Shown here piece by piece: positions 1 through 12,420 of a stretch of 64,000 bases of DNA. Position 1 is the stretch's first letter, and each line of letters begins with the position of its first letter. Location: positions 2,016,894 through 2,080,893 of the forward strand of contig JAYQLI010000035.1 in NCBI GenBank assembly GCA_038143065.1, written 5' to 3'. The position numbers and the translations under genes were made by a program. Origin of the DNA: Rhodospirillales bacterium. Its GTDB lineage: Bacteria > Pseudomonadota > Alphaproteobacteria > Bin95. Below the pieces are notes generated by a model. The model worked only from the letters and a program-made list of their open reading frames with translations, searched no databases and had not been told where the DNA came from.

Positions 1-40
1 CAGGAACGTTGGCAAGTTCTATCAAGGCGGTTGTTGTCAT
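1..40 (-). CDS. 5' end of an unidentified gene running off the window (MTTTALIELANVP...)
   Basis: ATG at 40-38 overlaps the EVE-gene TGA (39-37) in an ATGA arrangement; frame is open to the window edge. Confidence 0.5.
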   Translation of the reverse strand, partial: MTTTALIELANVP

Positions 41-450
41 GCTTCTATCCCAGCCATTTCGCAAAGCCAGGCCCAATGTTCAGGCGATACAGGCACCACA
101 GACAGACGAGATTGTCGTATTAGAGCAAAATTCCCAAAACGTGCGTCTTGTTTGATCTGCTGCAAAGTCACTGGAACCTTTACAGGCTTCACTGCTTTGA
201 CGCCCACCATTCCAAATTTACCGCTTTCATCTGTTGGGTCAGAATGAAATTCCTTAACAACCTCTACAATGCCTACAATTTGGCGTTCATTTACAGAATG
301 ATAAAAGAAGCCAAGGTCCCCTTTTTTCATTGCCCGCATGTTGTTACAGGCTTGGTGGTTGCGCACGCCATCCCAGCCTTCGATTTCAGTTTTAACTTGG
401 TCGTCCCAGGACCAAGTGCCAGGTTCACTCTTGAACAACCAGTAGGCCAT
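37..450 (-). CDS. EVE domain-containing protein (PUA-like)
   Basis: YWLFKSEP, WDGVRNHQA, FFYHS and SRLSV motifs; GAGGAG RBS upstream. Confidence 0.92.
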   Translation of the reverse strand: MAYWLFKSEPGTWSWDDQVKTEIEGWDGVRNHQACNNMRAMKKGDLGFFYHSVNERQIVGIVEVVKEFHSDPTDESGKFGMVGVKAVKPVKVPVTLQQIKQDARFGNFALIRQSRLSVVPVSPEHWAWLCEMAGIEA

Positions 451-549
451 GAGGTCACTCCTCTCTTTGGGGTTTCCGCAATCACACCAAGGGGGTAGAC
501 AATGGTTAATGGAGCGATGGCGTCAACCGCGGTGGGAGCATTATAGTCT

Positions 550-1875
550 ATGCAATCTGTAAAGCGTATCGTTCAAAAGGCTGAAAACGGCTCTCTAACC
601 GCAGCGGTTATTGGGCTGGGTTATGTTGGGCTTCCTCTTGCGTTGGCACTAGCTGATGCAGGGGTAAAAGTTATTGGTGTTGATATTGATCCATCAAAAA
701 TAAGAATTCTAAACCAGGGAGAAAGTTATCTTACCACCGCTCCCTCCAAGCAGGTTGCGGCAGCTATTGCTTCTAATCGATTAATGGCAACAACTGATCA
801 CACTGCTGTAGCATCTGCAGACGCTACATTAATTGCAGTTCCAACTCCCCTTGGGGCAGGGCGAAACCCTGACATGCAGTTTGTAGAGACCACTATAAGA
901 GAAATCGCCCCACATCTGAAAAAGGGGTCCTTGTTGAGTCTTGAATCAACGGTCTATCCAGGCGCAACGCGCGATACGGTGTTACCTATTTTAGAAGCGG
1001 CTGGCTATGAGCCTGGCAAAGATATTTTAGTTTCTTATGCGCCAGAGCGAGAGGACCCCGGCAACAATAATTTTGCACTTGCTGATATACCTAAAGTCCT
1101 GGCCGGATTTGATGCTGCATCCCAAGAGGCAGCAAGTGCAGTTTACCGACTTATTTCCCCAAGCATTAGAGAAGTTTCTAGTCTAGAAACCGCTGAAGCA
1201 GTCAAAATTACAGAAAACGTATTTCGCGCCGTGAATATCGCGTTGGTGAACGAGTTGAAGCATATCTATGGTAAGATGGGAGTGGATATATTTGAGGTCG
1301 TAGACGCTGCAGCAACCAAACCTTTTGGTTATATGCCATTCTATCCTGGGCCTGGATTAGGCGGCCACTGCATACCCATAGACCCGTTTTATCTAGCCTG
1401 GCGTGCTCGTCAGCTTGATACCAAAGCCCACTTTGTAGAATTAGCTGGCGAAATCAATTCAAGACAACCAGAGATTGTGGTTGAGACTCTTGAGCGTGCC
1501 CTAAAACTCCATGCAGGAATAGAACTAGAAGGCGCATCAGTTCTTATGATTGGGATCGCCTATAAGAAAAACGTTAATGATCTTCGAGAGAGCCCAGGGC
1601 TGGAAGTAATGTCGCTTCTGCGGCGAGCTGGTGCGAAAGCTGAATATCATGATCCATGGACACCTTCAGTTGGCCTAACCCGCCAGTACCCTGAGTTATC
1701 TGGAATGGCCTCTGTTCCAATGGAGGGCCTGGGGAAATTTCAAGCCGCTGTCATCATTACGGATCATGACGATATAGATTATGAGCTCTTAGCGGCTGAA
1801 ATTCCGCTTATAGTTGATTCACGAGGGGTTTATCGAAACTTGGATGGTCGTGCTGCGAAAATTATCCGAGCATAA
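550..1875 (+). CDS. nucleotide-sugar dehydrogenase (UDP-GlcNAc/ManNAc 6-dehydrogenase, WbpA/WecC family)
   Basis: GLGYVG Rossmann motif, AVPTP, ESTVYPG, PEREDPG, GLGGHCIPIDP catalytic Cys, DLRESP. Confidence 0.92.
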   Translation: MQSVKRIVQKAENGSLTAAVIGLGYVGLPLALALADAGVKVIGVDIDPSKIRILNQGESYLTTAPSKQVAAAIASNRLMATTDHTAVASADATLIAVPTPLGAGRNPDMQFVETTIREIAPHLKKGSLLSLESTVYPGATRDTVLPILEAAGYEPGKDILVSYAPEREDPGNNNFALADIPKVLAGFDAASQEAASAVYRLISPSIREVSSLETAEAVKITENVFRAVNIALVNELKHIYGKMGVDIFEVVDAAATKPFGYMPFYPGPGLGGHCIPIDPFYLAWRARQLDTKAHFVELAGEINSRQPEIVVETLERALKLHAGIELEGASVLMIGIAYKKNVNDLRESPGLEVMSLLRRAGAKAEYHDPWTPSVGLTRQYPELSGMASVPMEGLGKFQAAVIITDHDDIDYELLAAEIPLIVDSRGVYRNLDGRAAKIIRA

Positions 1876-1902
1876 TATTCTACTGAGAAGATCTGGGGAT
1901 TA

Positions 1903-3168
1903 CTACTTTAGAGCTCGGTGTCCTATGTCTTTGCGCCAAAAGCCCTCTGGCCAATCAATGGATTCAATCCCCGAATAAGCTAGGTCCCTAGCATCTTTCA
2001 GTTCTTGCCCCTCTCCAGTAACCGCCAGCACTCGGCCGCCCGCGCTCAGAATATCATCGTCTGCCTGGACTGTTCCAGCATGGAAGACTGTCACGCCTTT
2101 AATGGCGTTTGCTGCCTCAATATTACGAATAACAGATCCTTTTTCGTAGCTGCCAGGGTATCCTTGGCAGCCATGACAACAGTTAAACAACTCTCTGTTT
2201 TCCAGCGTAAATCAAAGTGCTTTAGACCACCTTCAGCAGCGACAACTAGAGCGGGTAAGAAATCTGAGCGCAGGCGAGGCAGTATTGCCTGAGTTTCCGG
2301 GTCTCCAAAGCGAGCGTTAAATTCTATGACCTTTGGTCCACTGTCAGTCATCATAAGGCCCGCAAAGAGAATTCCCTTGAAAGGCCGGCCGTCATCTTTC
2401 ATAGCTTCCACTACAGGACGGATAATTTCTGACATGACGGTCTCGGTCATCTCCTCAGTCATCATCGGGGCAGGAGAATAAGCTCCCATCCCACCTGTGT
2501 TTGGTCCAATATCGCCATCAAAGGCGCGCTTATGATCCTGAGCAGAGGAGAAAGGAAGTGCGTCTTGTCCATCTACCAGAGCGAAAAAGCTAACCTCATC
2601 GCCTACTAAGCATTCTTCAATTACGACTTCAGCCCCCGCATCGCCGAAAGAACCATCAAAGCAGGCATCTATTGCTTTCAGAGCCTTCTTCGACTGTTTG
2701 AGCGACGACAACGCCCTTTCCAGCCGCAAGGCCATCAGCTTTTACTACTATAGGGGCACCCTCGTCGCGTACATAAGCGGCAGCCTTTTCGCGGTCATCA
2801 AACCGCTTGTATGCAGCCGTGGGAACGCCGATTCGAGCGCAAAGATCTTTCATGAACCCCTTGGAGCTCTCGATTTCTGTTGCTTTAGCGGATGGGCCAA
2901 AAGCCAATAGCCCTTCAGCTTCCAGTGCGTCAGCAAGCCCTGCTGCAAGCGCCGCCTCTGGCCCAATTACTACAAGATCTATTCTTTCTTTTTGGGCAAA
3001 GCTTACTAGCCCATCAACATCTGTTGCTTGTATAGGTACGCATATAGCGTCTTCGGCAATGCCGGCATTACCTGGTGCACAATAAATTTCTGTGGCAAGG
3101 GGTGACGCAGCTATGGACCAAACCAATGCATGTTCACGACCTCCGGATCCTACGACAAGTACGCGCAA
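1903..3168 (-). CDS. purD: phosphoribosylamine--glycine ligase, split by two single-base frameshifts (~2686, ~2162)
   Basis: [25 protein letters not shown]...[22 protein letters not shown]...GGRVL across three consecutive ORFs. Confidence 0.95.
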
Positions 3169-3215
3169 GCTTCTGCTCCTTGGACTTATGACAATCTCTT
3201 CATATCATTGGCTGC

Positions 3216-4730
3216 ATGGAAACGAAACGCGACCCTCTGGATGACTTGATGGAACCCACTCCGGTTACTAGCAACAATCCTACTATTTCCGTTAGCGACC
3301 TTTCCCGTTCGATCAAGCGTACGCTGGAAGGCGACTTTGCGCATGTTCGGGTGCGTGGAGAGATTTCCGGTGCTAAGCGAGCTACCTCTGGCCACTGGTA
3401 TTTTCGGCTCAAGGATGAAAAGGCGGTAATTGATGCCGTCATGTGGCGGGGTCAAGCTGGCAAATCTCCAACCCAGCCAGAGGATGGCCTTGAAGTTATA
3501 GCTACAGGACGGATCACTACTTATGAAGGGCGTTCAGTCTATCAGATAGTGGTAGAGGCATTGGAGCCTGCTGGCGTGGGCGCTCTTTTGAAGATTTTAG
3601 AAGACCGACGCAAAAAATTGGCCGACGAAGGACTTTTTAGTCCTGATCGAAAGAAGGTTTTACCGTTTCTTCCAGATGTGATTGGGATTGTTACTTCACC
3701 AACTGGAGCTGTAATACGTGATATTTTACATCGGGCACGCGATCGCTTCCCAAGACGTATCATTGTGTGGCCCGTGCGTGTGCAAGGAGAGGGAGCAGCT
3801 GAGGAGATAGTTACTGCTATTCAAGGGTTTAATTCGATCACGCATGGTCAATCAGTGCCAAGGCCAGATGTATTAATTGTGGCTCGGGGTGGCGGGAGCC
3901 TGGAAGATCTATGGGCTTTTAATGAGGAGGCCGTTGTGCGCGCGGCTGCGAGCTCTTCTATCCCATTAATCTCCGCTATTGGACACGAAACAGATACCAC
4001 TTTGATTGATTATGCTGCCGATAAAAGAGCGCCAACACCAACTGCAGCAGCAGAATTAGCTGTACCAGTTCGAACGGATTTAATGGCAAATTCTGGCCGG
4101 CTCTCTATTCGTCTCGATGATGGTGTCGCTCGAGGTTTAAGCCATCGGTCAGAAAAAATTTTGGGGCTTGCGCGGGGACTTTCGGATCCAGCAAGATTAT
4201 TGGATACAGCTTTTCAGCGGTTAGATGTTTGGACAGAGCGACTTAAATTTACATTGCTATCAGGGCTAAATAGACGACAGGATCACATCACTGCTCTGGC
4301 TGCTGGCCTACCTAAGCCACAAAGACAGCTGGATGCCAAACAAGAATTGCTGGAAGCAAGGTCTCAGGCGCTGCAGCAAGCACTGGCTTCAGCGATTAAA
4401 ACAAAGGTCCATAATTTTGATCGCCTAGACCCAGTAAGACGGTTGGTAGGCGCGATAACCCGGAAACTAGATGATAGGCAGGTTCAATCAGATAAATTGG
4501 CTGGGCTGCTCGAAAGCTACTCACCTGAAAATACCCTTGCACGAGGATTTGTTTTAGTTCGTGATGGAAGTGAAGTTATAACGTTACCTTCTGCTGCTAC
4601 GCCTGGCAGAAAAGTAGAACTGCAGTTTGCTGGAGGTCAGCGTCGCCGAGCTACTATTGATGGCCAGGTTAAGAGCAAGCAAATAACAGAAAGCTCGCCA
4701 CAACGAGAAACTCAAGGGAAACTATTGTAG
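3216..4730 (+). CDS. xseA: exodeoxyribonuclease VII large subunit
   Basis: [53 protein letters not shown]. Confidence 0.96.
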   Translation: METKRDPLDDLMEPTPVTSNNPTISVSDLSRSIKRTLEGDFAHVRVRGEISGAKRATSGHWYFRLKDEKAVIDAVMWRGQAGKSPTQPEDGLEVIATGRITTYEGRSVYQIVVEALEPAGVGALLKILEDRRKKLADEGLFSPDRKKVLPFLPDVIGIVTSPTGAVIRDILHRARDRFPRRIIVWPVRVQGEGAAEEIVTAIQGFNSITHGQSVPRPDVLIVARGGGSLEDLWAFNEEAVVRAAASSSIPLISAIGHETDTTLIDYAADKRAPTPTAAAELAVPVRTDLMANSGRLSIRLDDGVARGLSHRSEKILGLARGLSDPARLLDTAFQRLDVWTERLKFTLLSGLNRRQDHITALAAGLPKPQRQLDAKQELLEARSQALQQALASAIKTKVHNFDRLDPVRRLVGAITRKLDDRQVQSDKLAGLLESYSPENTLARGFVLVRDGSEVITLPSAATPGRKVELQFAGGQRRRATIDGQVKSKQITESSPQRETQGKLL

Positions 4731-7153
4731 CCTGATTTTACGAAGCCTAAGGGCATTTGTAATAACACAAATCGAAGATAGGCTCATGGCTGCAGCTGCC
4801 AACATCGGTGAAAGCATAATCCCAAAAAATGGGTATAGAATTCCGGCTGCAATCGGCACTCCAGCAGCATTGTAAACAATCGCAAAGAAAAGGTTTTGGC
4901 GTATATTTGCCATTGTTGCGATAGCTAGGTTTCGCGCCCGCACTACTCCCATTAAGTCACCTTCGGCAAGCGTAATACTTGCAGACTGAATCGCTACATC
5001 TACCCCTGTTCCCATAGCGATACCGACATCGGCAGAAGCTAACGCTGGTGCATCATTAATTCCATCGCCTGCCATTGCCACTCTTCGCCCTTGGGTTTTC
5101 AGCTTATTTACTAGTTGGATTTTTCCTTCTGGAAGAAGTTCAGCGTGGACCTCATCAATACCAAGACGGCGCGCGATAGATGTTGCAGCGGTGATATTGT
5201 CCCCTGTTGCCATGACCACCCTTACGCCGAGGTTTTGTAGTTCTTTAATTGCCTTTGGTGTGGACGCTTTCATCGGGTCAGAGATGGTAATGATTCCTGC
5301 CAACTTTCCATCTACAGCCACCATCACCTCGCTTTGCACCCTATTATGATCATTGTTAGCGAGGCTTTCTGAGAATGAGACGCCTTCGGCATCCAAGAAT
5401 GATTTCGTACCAAGGACGACACGGCTACCTTCAACCCGTCCTATAACCCCCCTTCCAGGCAGAGCCATAAAATCTTGGGAGTCGGAGAGTTGGAGGTTTT
5501 GTTCTTTTGCACGAGCTGTGATTGCGGCTGCCAAAGGGTGTTCTGACTTGTTCTCGAGACTTGCGGCAAAGAAAAGAATGTCATTCAGATTAAAGCCCTT
5601 TGCTGGATAAATGTTTGTAACAACGGGCTTGCCTTCAGTCAGAGTGCCAGTTTTATCTACAACTAAGGTATCAATATTGGAGAACTGCTCCAAAGCTTCT
5701 GCATCCTTTACAAGGACTCCACTCTGTGCCCCCCGTCCTGTAGCTGTCACGATTGACATGGGTGTAGCCAATCCGATTGCACATGGACATGCGATTATCA
5801 AAACAGCTAACGCAGATACAAGAGCATATGAAAGACGTGGTTCTGGTCCCCAATTAGCCCAAGCTAAAAATGAAATAATGGACACAAGAATCACAATTGG
5901 CACGAATATCCCAGCCACTGCATCTGCTACTTTTTGAATTGGGGCACGTGACCTTTGGGCAGCCACGGTTAAAGTAATAATTTGAGAGAGAACTGTTTCT
6001 AAGCCGATCCGTTGAGCGGTTATAAGGAACGTTCCATAACCGTTAATTGTTCCTGCCCTGACTATATCACCAGGTGTTCTTTCAACAGGGATTGGCTCGC
6101 CTGTTAACATGCTCTCATTAACGCTTGACCAACCATCAATCACGATACCATCTACTGGAATCTTTCCGCCTGGCTTTACACGCAGTTGGTCACCTACCTT
6201 GACCTTATCAAGTGGAATTTCTTTTTCGCCCCCGTCGGTACTAATCAAATGGGCTGTTTGGGGCGCCAGGTCCATTAGAGCTCTAATGGCGGCTCCAGTG
6301 CGATCGCGAGCACCCAGCTCAAGTAATTGGCCCAATAATACTAGCTCAACAATTACTGCCGCTGACTCGAAATAAACCCCAACGTCACCCCTTGGGCCTT
6401 TAAACCCTGTTGGAAAGAGACCCGGTGCGATTACTGCAAATACGCTAAAGGCATAGGCAGAAGCCACACCGATGCCAATTAAACTGAACATGTTGAGGTT
6501 CATAGATAAGAATGACCGTCCCCCCGAAGAAGGAAGGGCCACCCGCACCATAGGATTACTGGAGTTGCTAGAGTAAGCTCGACCCATGGAATAATGTCTG
6601 CGTTAAGCCAGCTGTTTAATGGTAGACCAATCATAGACCCCATGGACATCATAAAAAGAGGAATGGTCAGCACGGCACCTAAAATGAAGCGCCGACGGAA
6701 ATCGATGAATTCTGGATTGGGGCCCGCATTTGGGTCGGGCAAACCCATTGGCTCTAAAGCCATCCCGCAGAGAGGGCAGTCACTTGGACCTATGGTCTCA
6801 ACCTCTGGGTGCATTGGGCAGGTGTAGACAGTACCAGGTGGTGTCGTGACCGTGGTCTGGCGGCCATCTAGATAGTTGTCTGGATTGGTTTCAAATTTAT
6901 GAAGGCAGTTTGAGGAACAGAAATAGAAACGCGCTCCTTCATGCTTTGTCATATGTTCTGAGGTTTTTCGAGATACCGTCATACCACAGACTAAATCTTG
7001 CGCTTCAATGAAGTCTTCAGGAGCCTCCACGAACCTTTCGCGGCAACGACTTGCGCAGAAATTATACTCTTCACCAGAATGATTATGGGTATGCTTAGCC
7101 GTTTTTGCGTCAACGGTCATTCCACAGACTGGATCACGTTCTATTGGAGTCAT
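4722..7153 (-). CDS. copA: Cu(I)/heavy-metal P1B-type ATPase with two N-terminal YHS domains; one frameshift at C6 run 6520-6525
   Basis: DPVCGM..FC twice, [33 protein letters not shown] and MSLSS Cu-type motifs. Confidence 0.9.
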
Positions 7154-7202
7154 TTAGTCTAGCCAGTCTGTTTTAGTGTTTCTCCACCTTTAGGATTGCC
7201 GT

Positions 7203-8828
7203 CTACTGCACAAAGGAAGCCGTTTTCGCGTCTTCCAGCATCATCGAAGCTGCTTTCTCTGCAATCATAATAATGGGGGCATTTGTGTTCCCAGATACGA
7301 GTTGGGGCATAACTGAACCATCTGCCACACGAAGGCCAGAAATTCCTTTAACCTTAAGTCGGGGGTCAACCACTGACATTGGGTCGCCTTCTGGCCCCAT
7401 TTTGCAGGCACCAACAGGGTGGTAGACTGTTGCACCTGTGCGAAGCGCAAAGTCTAGGAGCTCATCATCTGTTTGGCAGTCTTTCCCAGGTGTAATTTCA
7501 AATTTCACGTAGGGCCTTAGAGCAGGCTGCTCCACTAACTGTCTTGCAATCTTTAGCCCGCCAATCATCGCCTGCTGATCTTCATATTCCTTTAAGAAAT
7601 TACAAACGATCCTGGGTTGAGTGAACGGGTCAGCAGATTTTATGTGCACGAAACCTCGAGATTGTGGTCTCAATTGGCATGGAGCGCAGGTCATTCCCGG
7701 CTCCTTTTCTAATGCTCTGGTCTTAATGTCCGTTATGCTGGCATGGGCGATGTGGTATTGGACATCTGGGGTCTCTAATTCCGGACGTGTTTTTACAAAA
7801 CCGTGCACGATGCCAGCGGGATACGTGAGTAAACCTTTCCGTCCAAACACATATTTTAATACTTCATTTACCAGCCGAACCCCTCTGGCATCGTTATTAA
7901 TTGAAACGTTTTTTGTCAGACGCCACATTGGGCGAGACAAGTAGTGGTCGTGATGATTTTCTCCAACGCCTTGGAGTTCATGCACCACATCGATACCAAG
8001 GTCTTTCAGAAGACTAGCTTGTCCCACACCAGATAGTTCTAAGATTTGTGGCGACTGAATTGCACCCGCTGCTAACACTACCTCTCGGCCGGCTTGGAAT
8101 TGATGGGTTTTCCCTTGTTGTATTACTTCTACGCCAACGCAGCGCTTTCCCTCAAAGATTAGGCGTGTCGTGTGCGCTTGTGTTTCTAAACGAAGATTGG
8201 AGCGTTTTAAGGCTGGCTCAAGGTAAGCCTTTGCGGTGGACCATCTTCTGCCAGCTTTTTGGGTTACTTGGTAATAACCGAAACCTTCTTGATCCCTCCC
8301 ATTGTAATCAGGATTACGCGGATAACCTGCCTGTTCACCAGCATCAATGAAGGCATCCAGCAACTCATGAGTGCTTGGCATGTCCATTACATTTAAGGGC
8401 CCTCCCGACCCCCGCATTTCGTCCCCACCGCGCTCAAAATTTTCTGACTTCTTAAAAAAGGGCAGGCATTGCTCAAAAGACCAGCCAGTGCAGCCCATCT
8501 GAGCCCAATGATCATAGTCTTGATGCTGACCTCGAACGTAAAGAAGTCCATTTATTGACGAAGAGCCCCCCAACACCTTTCCACGCGGTATAGGTATATG
8601 TCGATTATATGTACGTTCCTGGGGCTCAGAGTCGAAGCGCCAATTCAAGCCGGGCTTATCTAATGTTTTGGCGTATCCAACGGGCACGTGAATCCAAATG
8701 TTATTATCTTTTCCACCTGCTTCAAGCAGCAGCACTTGATTGGCGGGGTTTTCAGAAAGTCGATTTGCGAGGGTACAGCCTGCAGAACCTGCGCCAACAA
8801 CAATATAGTCGAAAATCTCAGCAGTCAT
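7203..8828 (-). CDS. GMC family oxidoreductase (choline dehydrogenase-like)
   Basis: [30 protein letters not shown]. Confidence 0.93.
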   Translation of the reverse strand: MTAEIFDYIVVGAGSAGCTLANRLSENPANQVLLLEAGGKDNNIWIHVPVGYAKTLDKPGLNWRFDSEPQERTYNRHIPIPRGKVLGGSSSINGLLYVRGQHQDYDHWAQMGCTGWSFEQCLPFFKKSENFERGGDEMRGSGGPLNVMDMPSTHELLDAFIDAGEQAGYPRNPDYNGRDQEGFGYYQVTQKAGRRWSTAKAYLEPALKRSNLRLETQAHTTRLIFEGKRCVGVEVIQQGKTHQFQAGREVVLAAGAIQSPQILELSGVGQASLLKDLGIDVVHELQGVGENHHDHYLSRPMWRLTKNVSINNDARGVRLVNEVLKYVFGRKGLLTYPAGIVHGFVKTRPELETPDVQYHIAHASITDIKTRALEKEPGMTCAPCQLRPQSRGFVHIKSADPFTQPRIVCNFLKEYEDQQAMIGGLKIARQLVEQPALRPYVKFEITPGKDCQTDDELLDFALRTGATVYHPVGACKMGPEGDPMSVVDPRLKVKGISGLRVADGSVMPQLVSGNTNAPIIMIAEKAASMMLEDAKTASFVQ

Positions 8829-8877
8829 TTTATTCCCTCTCCCAGTCCTTGCCCTTAAAAATTATTACTCCACTGTT

Positions 8878-10011
8878 TCAACGCATCCGAAACATTGGAT
8901 CTTTTAAGTCAACAGCTACGGCCAAAGCTGCTCCAAGTCCTATCTGTAAAGTTAACATGGCTGTCCCACCAAATGAGATGAATGGAAGTGGCACTCCAAC
9001 CACAGGCATAAGTCCCATTACCATAGCCACGTTTATAAAGACGTATAAAAAAAGTGTAGTTGCCATGCCAATTGCTAATAATCGGCCATATTTGGCTTCC
9101 GCCAAAAGGCCAATTCGATAAAGCCTAAAAATTATTATTGAGAACAATATTAAGACAAATATGCACCCAGCCATGCCAAGCTCTTCACCTAACATTGTAA
9201 AAACAAAATCTGTGTGCTTCTCGGGCAAAAAAGACAACTGCGCTTGACTTCCTTTGAGCCAACCCTTGCCGAAGACTCCCCCAGACCCCATCGCAATAAA
9301 TGACTGTAGAATGTGATAGCCAGACCCCAAAGGGTCTCTGTCAGGTTGAAGAAATGTTAGAATACGGCTCCGTTGGTAATCATGGAGCATGAACCATGCG
9401 ATTGGCGCAGCTATACAGGCAATGGTTGCAGCTATTCCAAAATTCCGAAGAGCTACACCCCCTATAAAAAGCAGCACAACGCCACCAACGACAATTAACA
9501 TTGCTGTTCCAAGGTCAGGTTGTTTTAGTATTAGGACAGTGGGCGCCAATATCATCAAAAGAGCGGGCCCTAGAATATGAAAACGGTTTGTGGATTCCAC
9601 CCCAGCGTTATGCAGTAGGCGAGCTAGAGCTAAAACAAGGGCTACTTTCATAAGTTCCGATGGTTGAAGGCGCATAAACCCAACATCCAGCCAGCGAGTA
9701 GCTCCAGACCCTGACCCGACAAACTCGACAACAATTAATAACAAAAAACAAAACCCATAGGCAAAGTAACTGACCTTAAAGAAAGGCTTCATGCCGACGA
9801 GGGCGATTATCAACATAAGCCCCATTCCAACGGCAAACCGAATGGCATGGCGCCCTGCCCATGGTGTCGTGCTTCCTCCGCTGGCGGAATAGAGCATTGC
9901 AGTTCCAATTAACGCAATTCCAGTAACAGCAAATACTATTAACCAGTCAATTCGGCTTAAACGCTGCAGCGTACTATTAGATTCTCGAGTCTGATGAAGG
10001 TAAGGTCCCAT
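8878..10011 (-). CDS. rodA: rod shape-determining protein RodA (SEDS)
   Basis: QPSELMK, QPDLGT, LPEKHTDFVF, GVPLPFISFGG; follows mrdA. Confidence 0.96.
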   Translation of the reverse strand: MGPYLHQTRESNSTLQRLSRIDWLIVFAVTGIALIGTAMLYSASGGSTTPWAGRHAIRFAVGMGLMLIIALVGMKPFFKVSYFAYGFCFLLLIVVEFVGSGSGATRWLDVGFMRLQPSELMKVALVLALARLLHNAGVESTNRFHILGPALLMILAPTVLILKQPDLGTAMLIVVGGVVLLFIGGVALRNFGIAATIACIAAPIAWFMLHDYQRSRILTFLQPDRDPLGSGYHILQSFIAMGSGGVFGKGWLKGSQAQLSFLPEKHTDFVFTMLGEELGMAGCIFVLILFSIIIFRLYRIGLLAEAKYGRLLAIGMATTLFLYVFINVAMVMGLMPVVGVPLPFISFGGTAMLTLQIGLGAALAVAVDLKDPMFRMR

Positions 10012-10023
10012 AGCAGCTAACCT

Positions 10024-11896
10024 CTACCCCTTAAGTAAGGTTGCTTTTGAAGTGTCTGCCTTATTCGATTTTCCTCCGTTCCAATTTGCAGATCTTCGCA
10101 TTTGGGCTTCCAGCAAAACGTCGCGGGCAACTGGAGCAGCTCCCAGTGAACCTGAACCACCATGTTCCAGGACGACTGAGCATGCATACTTTGGGTTTGT
10201 TAAAGGTGCGTATCCTACGAAGAGCGAATGATCTCGCTGCTCAAGCGGCAAATCCTCATTCCTGATCCCCCCAAGCCTACGCTCTTGTGCTGTTATCCTT
10301 CGCACTTGTGAGGTTCCGGTTTTCCCACCCATACGGTATGCTTTAACTGATATTTGGGAATTTCTTGCCGTGCCACTGGCGCTAGATGTAACAGCACGCA
10401 TCGCTCGCATTATTGCTTTAAGGTGTTCACTTGATACGTCTATCCTGGTTCCTTCAGGAGGAAATTCTTCTTCGCCCTTTTTGCGTAAAATTCTAGGCTT
10501 TACTGAAATACCTCCATTCACAAGCCGCGCCGTCATTACAGCTAGTTGAAGGGGTGTAGTTAACACAAACCCTTGGCCTATTCCTGCAATCAAAGTTTCT
10601 CCAATTTGCCAGGAAGCTTTAAGTTGGCGTCTTTTCCACTCTTTGGTTGGAATAAGCCCCCCTTTTCTGAAGGGGCATCAATTCCAGTTGGTTCGCCCAG
10701 GCCAAATCGGCGCGCCATCTCAGAAATCTTTTCAATCCCAACTTTACGAGCAATTTCATAGAAATAAACATCACAGGACTCAGCTATGGCCTCATGTAAT
10801 GCGACCCAGCCATGACCGCCTCGTTGCCAACAATGAAAACGGCCAGCGCCCAGTTCATGGACACCACTACAGAAGAATGCATTCTTTGGCGTTACTACTT
10901 TGGCTTCTAGAGCTGCCATAGCAACCAGCATTTTAAATGTTGAGCCAGGCGGATATTGGCCCGCTATAGCCCTATTATTTAGCGGGGCGGCGGGGTTCTT
11001 CAAAAGAGCTTGCCAAACATCCCCTTTCAGCCCTTGAACAAACACGTTTGGATCGAATGTGGGATTGGACGCCAAGGCCAACACATCCCCATTATGCACG
11101 TCCATTACTGTTACAGCTCCAGTGTCCTCACCGAGACGGTTTTGCACAAAGCGCTGTAATTCTGAGTCTATTGTTGAGACAAGAGTAGATCCACCAGCAC
11201 CTGGGTCTTTCTCCAGTTCTCTCACTACTCGACCAATGGCATTTACCTCGACTTTAGAGGTACCTGCTTTACCCCTGAGAGGTTGGTCATATGAGCGTTC
11301 CAAGCCAGACTTACCTATCTGAATGTTTGGAGTTTTTTAACTTCTTCGTTTGCTAGGTCTTCTTTGTTTGCTGGTCCAATGTACCCAATTGGATGTGCAG
11401 CGGCTTCTGCTATTGGGTATATTCGCTGGCTCGATTCTATTACATCAACCCCAGGCAGTTCAGGTATACGGGCAGAAATCCTTGCAACCTGCTCCCAATT
11501 AAGGTCTTCGTGGACCAAGATGGGTAGAAACTTTGCAGTGCGTTTAGATTGACGAATAATTCGAAGTCGCTGTTCGGGCTCTATCGGTACGATTTGACTG
11601 AGTTTAGAAAGCGCAGCGCCAATGTCTTCAATTGCTTCAGGTGTAATCAAGACTTGGTACGTACGCCGGTTAAGGGCTAGAGGGCGTCCAAAACGGTCCA
11701 AAATCAAACCGCGCTGAGGCGCTAAAAACTTAAAACTAATCCGATTGTTATCGGCTAGTGTGGAATAACGATCACCTTTCACTACCTGCAGCTGGTACAT
11801 GCGTGCCCCAAGACCGAGAAACAGCAAGCCTTTGGCCCCTCCAAGTAAAAGAGAGCGCCGAGTAAATCTCTGCCTGTCGTCCAACGGTGAACTCAA
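10024..11896 (-). CDS. mrdA: penicillin-binding protein 2, two frameshifts (~11335 A-run, ~10660 G-run)
   Basis: RGLILDR, YPPGSTFK (SxxK), SCD, KTGT motifs across three ORFs; between mreD and rodA. Confidence 0.93.
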
Positions 11897-12420
11897 GTGC
11901 TTTTCACCCCAAACTTAAAAACAGCCAAAACGAATTCAATCGTAAACGCGATCAACGGGTATATAGCAACTGTAAGCGTAAACTCAGCCAAGGTAGGCAT
12001 CCAGGGCTGAAAGCTGAGGTTATATAAAGAGGCAATAATCCAACTTACAGGTGCTATAAAAAGAGATGTGACTACAACTCCAACCCAGGAATGTATCAGT
12101 CCACGTGACTTGAGAAATTGTCTTTGGGTTGCTGCTATCAGATGAACGAGTAGACATGTAAGCACACCAAGTCCAAAAATTGTTGCAGTCGTTAAGTCCA
12201 AGAATAGTCCCACCAGAAAACATGCTATCGGCGGCAGAGAATTTGCGTGGCGCAGGCTTAATTGAAAAACCATGCAGTGAGCTACAGCTGTTGGGGCTAG
12301 GGCTGAAATGGCGAAAGGCCATGGCGCAGTTGATATTAAAATTGAAAGCCAGATTACCCCAATAGAAGTTACAATTTTGAGCCATGGTATTTGCTGGTAC
12401 TGATCTTTGCGTTCAGCCAT
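11893..12420 (-). CDS. mreD: rod shape-determining protein MreD
   Basis: hydrophobic ~175 aa with FLVGLFLDL...FG; between mreC and mrdA; start taken at MAERK. Confidence 0.85.
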   Translation of the reverse strand: MAERKDQYQQIPWLKIVTSIGVIWLSILISTAPWPFAISALAPTAVAHCMVFQLSLRHANSLPPIACFLVGLFLDLTTATIFGLGVLTCLLVHLIAATQRQFLKSRGLIHSWVGVVVTSLFIAPVSWIIASLYNLSFQPWMPTLAEFTLTVAIYPLIAFTIEFVLAVFKFGVKST

